Below are positions 13,926 through 22,900 of a stretch of 24,000 nucleotides of DNA, one piece after another. Made by a program: the position numbers and the translations under genes. Every line of letters begins with the position of its first letter. The stretch's first letter is position 1. Source of the DNA: Candidatus Woesearchaeota archaeon (GTDB taxonomy: Archaea; Nanobdellota; Nanobdellia; Woesearchaeales; ARS49); assembly GCA_019322895.1 (NCBI GenBank), contig JAHWHZ010000003.1:1-24000 (forward strand). Reading direction: 5' to 3'. Below the pieces are notes generated by a model. It had not been told where the DNA came from, did not search any database, and was given only the letters and a program-made list of their open reading frames with translations.

Positions 13926-16900
13926 TTGACTAATAAGAAATACCTGTGGTTACTAGTATTGGTAGTGGCATTGTCCATTCTTATAGCCACTTTTGGCTCT
14001 GACTTAGTACCTACTGGCCTGACTGTTCTTAATAACACAAATGCAACAAACAACTCTGCTCCTGTGTGGGTTTCAAACACTACTTATTTCTCAATAGACA
14101 AGAACACAAATCTTGTCATGGATTTGAATGATTATTTTTCAGATCCTGAAAATGATTCAATGAGTTTTCTTGTCACTCAGCCAAGCAATTTCAGCGTCAA
14201 TGTCTCTGACAGCATTGCAGTGTTGACCCCTGACATGAATTTCCTTGGGACACGTTCTTTTTCTATCATTGCATCTGATGAATATTTAGTTTCAGACCAG
14301 GCAGTGCACGTGGATGTTGTTGAAACAGTGTATGATGAAACAAATGAGACAGAAGAAAATGCCACGCCTGAAGAGCCTGTTGAAATAAAAGATGAGAATG
14401 ACAAGTTCTATGGAAAAAAAGTCATAGATGAGCCTGATTTTGAGACGCATTTCACTTCAATTGAAAGCAACTTGACATATCTGAAAATAGTCTTTTATCA
14501 TGACTCAAATGAGTCCCAGGATATCTGGGTTGAAGGAGATGTGAATCATTCATTGAGTAAAAATTCAAGCAGTGCTTTTGAAAGCGTTGTCTTGATTGTT
14601 GAATTGATTGAAGGGATTGTTCCAAAGTTCAACTTGCATGTAGGTACTACTTCTGAGATATTTGAGTTCGGCAAAAATATTCCTGCAATTGAGATTGAAG
14701 ACGGCAATTATTCCTTGATTGATAGAGATGATGAGCTGTTGGATGTAGAGATAAACAAAGAAGATGTTTCTGCAGTGATTAAAGGAACAGACAGTGCATC
14801 AATCAATGCAAAAATAGGTGATGTAAATGATTCTGCTGTTAAAACAGATGTGTTTGCAGCAGACAATGTGTCAATGGAAGAGGCAGTCATCACACTTCCT
14901 GTTTCAGGAGAAATAAATGTCATCCTTGAATGTTCTGATTTTAATGTTAATACATTTATTTGTGAAGGCGATTGGCAAGAGACAGACATTCCTTTTATTT
15001 TAAACGGCTCTAACATCGTTTTTACAGTTGACCACTTCAGCGGTTATGGCGGCGGATTGATTACTGTGCTTAATGTGCAGTCTTATCCTACTCTGAATGG
15101 AAATTGGACAGTTGCATTTAACACGACTGGCTCAGAAAATTTAACGATAACCGGCGTCAATGGAACAAGCTTCTCAGTTGATCTGCAGTTCCTGGAATTA
15201 AGATGCGGCAATTTAACAGTTAATGCATCTTATGACGGCAGCAAGGTATTCTATGAAAATTATTCCTGCAATGAGACAAGTTATGAGACAAGCAAGGTCT
15301 TGACAGAAGGAAAGCACCACTTGAAGTTTGAGTTTGGAAATTCAACAGGCTATGCCCACAACTTAGTTGTTGCAGGTATAAGAAATGTCACAAGCGTGCT
15401 GAACTCAAGCATTTATGGAGAAAGCGGAGGAGACCATCTTGGCTATGCTTTGGCTCTTGGAGATTTTAATGGTGACGGCAGGGAAGATACTTTGTTTGGC
15501 GCTCTTGATGCAGATGATCCTGTGATTCCTCCTCCTTTTGGCACAAATGTCGGAAAAGTTTACTTGCGCTATGCTCCTATTCCAAGAAATGGAAGCTTCA
15601 ACATAAGCAGCATCACAAATATGACTTGGATTGGAGAAGCTAATGCTATTCCTCCATTTACTTCAAATGCAGGAGAATCTCTTGCAGTTGGTGATGTGAA
15701 TAATGATAATTTTGATGATTTTGTGATTGGCTCTCCTGGCTTTAATGTGTTGGGGCCGAATATAGGCAGGACATATCTTGTCTATGGAAGAAGCAGCATA
15801 ATGTCTGGAACAGCTTTGTTGCCGATAGGTTCTAATGCTACTTTTACAGGTGTTGCTGGCGGCAATGCCGGCCTTGAAGTTGCAATAGGTGACTTGAATG
15901 GAGATAATTTTGATGATGTCATAATCGGCGAGCCTTTTGCAGCAATGAATAAAGGAGCTGCTTATGTTTTCTTCGGGCCAATACCAGACGGCGCTGCCAG
16001 GACAGTTGCGCAGGCAAATGTCACAATAAATGGAACTGGAGACGGTTCATTTGGCTATACACTTGAGATTGGGGACATAAATGGAGATAATACTGATGAT
16101 TTGATTGTAGGTGCTTACACAAATGCAACTAATAGAGGAGCTGTTTATGCATTCTTTGGCAGCTGGACAGCTGGAACAACAATCAATGATACAAATGCTA
16201 ATGTGACTTGGTATGGAGAAGGCCCCACTAATTTCCTTGGATGGTCTCTTGCATCTGGTGATGATGTGAATGGAGACAATATTGATGATTTGCTTATTGG
16301 AGCGTATAATGCCACAGGAAATGGAAAAGTTTATCTGATTTATGGAAGTGCTTTGCTTTCAGGAACTTCTAATGTAAGCGCAGCTGCAACAAGCGCGTGG
16401 TTTGGTGAAAGCACAAGAGATTTCCTTGGCTGGAGCGTGGAATTAGATGACCAGAACAACGATACTCTTGCAGATGTGATGATGGGCGCAATTTACTATG
16501 ATACTCCTGTGCTCAATAATGCAGGAGCGATTTATTTTGATTATGCTCCTATTGCAGCAGGCACGGTTAATGTAAGCACTGTTAACGGCTCTCTTGTTGG
16601 TGTTGTAAACCTGCAGGAATTAGGTTATGCGATGGCTGCAGGAAGCTTTTATGGTATTGGCACAGATCACCATCTTTTTCCATTGATTGAGACAGGCGGT
16701 GTTTATTATGAGGGATTTCCTCCATCTCCACCGCCTCCTCCGATAGTTGTTCCAAGATGGAGGGGAAGCAGCCCTCCTGGAGGAAGAGACCCGCATACTG
16801 AGACTGATAATCCTCCTTGTGTTGCAATGGAGTTTGATGCAGAGCTTCTAGAAGACGGCACTTTAAAAGTTACTTTTGATTCAAATGTTCCTTCAACAGA

Positions 16901-19900
16901 CATTACTTTAGCAGCTTTTGTCGGAAATTTTGGCCAGCCAATAGGCAATACATGGGGCGGCAATCTCCGAGGAGCATTTGGCACAGATGCAGAAGGCTTG
17001 TCAACAGCAGAATTCAATATACCGCAGGATGCTTTAGATGCCGGGGACAACATCCGCTTAATCATGACAACACAGGCAGGAATAGAAGTCTGCGGCCAGA
17101 TAGACATGCCTATCCGCCCTTGTGAAGCTGCAGAACCAAGAACTCCTTTGGAATGGGGCCCTATTGATGAAGGAGATATAAATTTTTATGAACCTTTTGC
17201 CACAGCTTACTGGGATGATGTAAATGGAGAACTGCATGCAATCGGCTCTGTTCCGATGATTGTTGAAGGTAATGAACTTGTTCCTGATGTATCAAATCTT
17301 CCTACATCTGTCACATTTACTACCTGCATGGATGGAAGAGAAAAAACTTACACACTTCCATTGGATTATGCTGATAATAATTTTCAGATGTATCTTTTTC
17401 CAGAGACTCTTGCAAGCAAATGTGCATGGGAGGCAATGTCCACGTCAACAGGAGTTTCTATTGCTGACTTGATGCGAGGTTCTGGAGATACTGATTTTCT
17501 TACAGGAAGCGCAGTTGTTGATACAGGAATAACAGGAGCTGCTGCTGCTGGCAAAGACTGCAAATATCCTTGCGTCTATGAAAATCCTAAGACAGGCTAT
17601 TGCACAATACTTGCAATGGCTTCTTGTGTTGCACGAACAGATCCTTGCCCTGCAGGACAGAAATATCCTGGATGGTGCAAATGCGAATGTGTTGATGAAA
17701 CAAAAGATCAAAAAGAATACGAAGAAGCACTTGCTTTTGTTGAAGAACAGAAGAAATTAGAAAAAGAATCTGAAAGCGCAAAAGAAGCAGCTGCAGGAAG
17801 CACTTCTCAATGGATTCCTACGCAATTAGGCGGTGGTGCCGGCGTGACTTTATTCAAGACAAGCATGCCTGTTGCGCCTGAAATTGCAGAAAATAAAATG
17901 AGTTTCAAGTATAATTATCAAGGCGGAAGTGGTGGAAGCACTCCTAGCGGTGCATTGATTACTGGCTTTGCAGCGGCAGATGAGCAAAGCAGTGTGCCGA
18001 TAACTGGCATGGCTATATCCGGGCCTTCTGGCACACCATTAGGTGGAAGCAGCGGCCCTACTCCTGCTCCTGGCACTGCAGGTCAGGGCGGTGCTGGAAG
18101 AACGCCTTCACCAACTGGTTCTGTTCCAGTAGAAAAAAAAGGCACTGATGAAAAGAAAAAAAGGACATATGACTGCAATCCAAAGAATCCTGTGCCTAAA
18201 ACACCAGATACTCCTGCGCCAAAACCTGCCCCTCCTACTCCTACACCTAAACCAGAACCTAAACCTGAACCTGAACCTAAGCCTGCTCCAACGCCCGGTC
18301 CTACTTATGGCCCGCCGTATCCTGTTCCTACTCCTAAGCCTGGCCCTGTTACTTATGGTCCTCCTGCTCCTACTCCAAAACCAACATATAAATGGATTAA
18401 GACACCCGACGGCTGGCAATATGTGCCAGTTACCCCAACGCCCACACCGACTCCTACTCCGACTCCTACTCCTGGTCCAGGTGAAGCTGAGGCAGTAACG
18501 CCGTATATTGCTTCAGACAGGTTTATTCCAACAGGCATGTGGGATGGAACTATCTGGGAAAATACTTGGTTTAATTTCAGGGCAGAAGGAGAAACTTCTA
18601 ATCCAGAATGTGCATTTATTGATTGGCAGTCTTATACTGCTCCAGAAGTTACTGGTGCTGCAGGCATTGATGCAATAACAGGAACAACAGTTGCAGGCAG
18701 TCTTGCAAGCTCTTGCGGTGCAGGAGTTAATGATAACCAGGGAGCAGGAATGAGCAGGCCGACATCAGGCAACACTCCTGCCACTGCTTTTGCAGAAATG
18801 TTTGATCTTAGCACTCACCCAGGAACTCACGATTATGACGAGCCACAAACTTGCAAAGATTGTCCTTATCTGTGTCCTATGCCAGATATTCCAGAGATAA
18901 ACCAGCCAGGTGATCCTGGCGGTGGCGGTCCTGGAGGCGGCGGCGGAGGCGGCGGCCCTGGCGGTGGCGGTGGCGGCGGCGAAGGCGGCCTCTGCGGCTT
19001 AGGAGCAGAATCAGCTGGTGTTTTGAACAGTGTTTCAGACGATGCTGATGAAAGACTGCAGTACATGGAAAGCAGGATTGCTGAGGACGGTGCTGTTAAC
19101 TCATTGAAACAAGGCATTTCAAATCTAGGAGATGCTGTTTCTGCAGGCGTTGCAGAGCATGCAGCTAATTTTGATGGTTCAAGGCTGCCTGGTTCATTAG
19201 GCCCTCCTGCTAGTAGTGGAAGCGAAGGTTCTTTCCAAGCACTTACAGGAATGGCAGTCGGAGCCCAGGCATTTATTCCGCAGCAGGACATTATTCCAGG
19301 AGAAGCAGTTTCTGTTGGAGATGGACAGGCTCTAGATATGCGCGGGGATATTGTTGTTGGTGAAGGTGCTGGTGAAGCAAGAGATGTTATTACAGAACCT
19401 GCTGCAGAAGACGAACCAGGTGATGCTGATGAAAGAGAAGAGATAATCACAGACGGCTTTATTGAGATATTCAATCCATTAGGCAAAGATATCCGCCTGG
19501 AAGGCTATGAATTATGGGATGCAACAGGAGAGATAAAGATTCCTTTCCCAAAAGGAGCTGAAATCAAGTCAGGAGAGTATCAAGTTATTGCATTCAGTGA
19601 CTTGTTTGAAACCAATTTCCAGGTAGAGCCAGATTATATTTTCAAGGGATTCTCTATTGAGAAATTTAAAGGAACAATTGCTTTGATGTACACTGGCGAG
19701 CCAAGCTTGAAATATGTTGATTATGTGAGGTATGGTGAAAAAAGCAAGCCGATGTTTATGAACGGAGACACTCCTCCGATAAACCAGGACTTGTTGCCTC
19801 TTAATGATATTGAAAGAAAAACAATAATCATTTCTGAAGTTACTGTTGATTATGGAAAAAGAATAGTCTTTGTTGAATTGACTAATGTTGGTGAAGAAGA

Positions 19901-22900
19901 CTATGATCTTGCAGGACACAAGCTTTCTGTGTATGCAGGTGACGATTATTACGAAGGGGTGGTCGGCGAGAGCGCATCTGTCGTCGCTGGTGCACCATCT
20001 GCAGGAATGCCTGCAGGAGCAGCACTAGCTGCTAAAGCACCAATGACTGCGATTGCTACAACTGCAGTGCAAGCCACAGGTACTCAGGCAATTGTTACAG
20101 GTGTCTCGTCCCCCCCTACTTTTGCTACATCAGAGATGCTTGTTGAAGGAGAAGGTGTTGCAAGCGCAATAACTGCCGGTGCTGTTGTTGAAGAGCTTTC
20201 AGCTGTTGCTGCAGTAAGCCCTGCTCAAACTGCTGTAAGCACTGTTGGAATAACAACAGGCTCTACAGGAGTTGCCAGTGCAATTACTGCTGGTGCAATG
20301 GCTGCAGCACAAGCTGGTCAAGCCAGTGCACTTACTGCATCCTCCCCGACTTTACTTGCTCCTGGCAAGTCAATTGTGCTGAGATTCAGTGCAGCTGGCA
20401 AGAGATGGGAAGCTCCCTATCCTTATTACACAGACGGCGAGCCAGTTGAAGAAGACAACATAATATGCTTTGAAGGAAAAGATCCTGAGACAGGAGAATG
20501 CCTTGGTCCTGTCATGGCTTCTTCTGAAATGATATCTCCTGTTGCAGGCGCAGAAGTTGCAATTGCAGCAGAGCAGGAGATTCCAGGTGCATTCATGCAA
20601 TGCCCTGAGTGTTCTGTAGGCCAAAAACCAAATCCACTTACTTGCGAATGCATTCCAATAACAAAAGAAAAGAAAACGCTTGTGCAATGCAAGGTAATCC
20701 TTGAATGTTCTGAAGGAAAAGTTCCTGATATGTATAATTGTAATTGCATAACTCCGCAGGAAAGGCAGAAACAATATGAAAACTGGCACAAGACCGGCGG
20801 AACGATGATTACAGGGCAGGCAATCACTGAAACACTGACAACTGAAATAGCATCTGTTGGAACAGCTGCTCCTCAAGGAATCATCACTGCAAAAAAATCA
20901 GTGATGGAGCTTGCTGCAATGCCGTCAACTGCCTTGCTTGCAAAAAGCCCAGTCAGCACCTTGACAACAGGCAAGCGCGAGATATGCTATGAAGGCATTG
21001 ATTCTGAGACAGGATTGTGCAACAGTGTTCCGATTGCAGAAGATACCCCTGTGCTTGACATGAGTGATATGGAAGATGCCAAGCATGTAGAGCATGGCGG
21101 TGTTACAACCTTGCTTGAAGTTATTCTTGAGAAAAATGGCGAGCAGGTTGATTATTTTGTGCGCGATGAAGGCAAGATACCTTATGCAGGAATAAAATCA
21201 TACAAGAGCCGAACAACTCTTGCAGGATCTCCTGTTGACCAGAGGCCTGATGACTTTGTTGAAGGGGCTCCTTCCTTAGGTGTTGTTGAAGGATTAGAGG
21301 CTTCTGAAGTTGCTAAATGGATAATCAATCCAAAAGGGCAGACGCTCATTGAATTTGAGGATGAATATCCAGAAGAAGAGGATGTTGAGATTTGCTTTGA
21401 AGGAATGGATCCAGAGACAGGAGAATGCCTTGGTGCCGTGCTTCCAGAGGATCTTGATGAATTGATTATTGAAGAAGAGGTTTCTGAAGAGATTCCTAAG
21501 TTTGGTGACAGATGCCAGCAGAAATGCGAATTTGGCTGCACTGATTATACTTGCTGTGAATGCAATCCTGCCCCGCCTCCAGAGCCGGTAGAAGAAACAA
21601 TTAGTGATAATACATGTGCCAACTTTTGCCCGTATGGTTATGTTGGAAATACTTGCGAATGCGCATCTTCTCCTGGAGGAGATGATATTACTGGCGGTGC
21701 AATCTTGTCCACGCTTCAAACAGAATTTGCGCAGACAGTTGCTGCACAGCCGCACATTTCAACAACTGTGCTGGAACAGCCTGTAGGCATGCCTGTTACA
21801 ACTGTTATTGAGGCAAGTCCTGTTGAAAACGCAGGTGTTGCTCTTGACCATCACTTGCTTGCATCTTCAATAACTCCTGGAGCCACAAGTGAAGAGATTC
21901 AAGAGACTGCAGAAGAGCTGATGTTTGAAGATCCTTGCGACACTATCTTGAGGCAGGCTGCTGAAAGAGCTGCGGCAGCAGGAGAAGAAGGAACAGAACT
22001 CTTGTCCCGCAAAGAAAAGATTGATGAATTTGATGTTATTGAAGAAATAAATGCAGTGCTGGATGAATTAAGGGCGCAGGGAATTGATGTTGATGATCCT
22101 GATGTGTACAAGCAGTATGCTGGCTATGTGCACATGAAAGTTGTTGAAAAATTATTTGAGTATGTTGAAGATATTGATTTCAAGGTGATTGATTACAAAG
22201 CAGACTTTGACAAGACCCTTTATGCAAACTTTGAATACGGGCTCAAGGAAAAAGAAGAAGACGAAGAGTTTGTTGTTTACTTCAAGCACAATGCTGATTT
22301 GAAAGACAAGATTATAAACATAGATGAATTTGTTGTTGCAGACAAGTTCAAGGGAGATGATATTGAGAAAAAGATTTTTGAGATAGACAAGGAATTGTAT
22401 TTCAGGTTTGGAAAAGACTATAAGATTTCTGCAAGCGCGACACTGCCTTTGAACTCTAACTTGTTTGTTGTCAAGTTCGGCACTGTGCCGTCTGAAAATG
22501 CTCTCAGGCTGACTGCATCAACTTTTGAGAACGCAATTTATGGTGCAGGCGATGCTTTTACCCCTAAAAAATTGGAAGGCTTTGCAGACCCTATGGCAAA
22601 TACAGAGCTTATCAGGCTTGCAATGAGAGACTTGAGATATGATGAAGAAGAGATGAGCAAGCTGATTGACTTGATTGAAGAATATCCTCCAGTAGAAGAG
22701 GAAGAAGTAAGCCCTATTACAGAGCGTGCAAAAGAGCCTTATGAAGAAATGCTTGATGAAGACTTCCAGAGGATGGTTGATGCTTGCCAGGATGTGAGAA
22801 ATGCTTTTGCGGATAATAACCGCGCAATTTACGGCGATCCTATCATAAGTTTCCAAAGAATTGATTATGATGAAGGAATAGAATATGAAAAGCCGCTTCC

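Noticed and set aside
18180-18989. A CRISPR-like or other non-coding repeat array in the periodic Pro/Gly-coding DNA
   Set aside because: The repeat units are 3-6 nt, in frame and inside a continuous ORF. There are no 25-40-nt repeats with unique spacers anywhere in the window.
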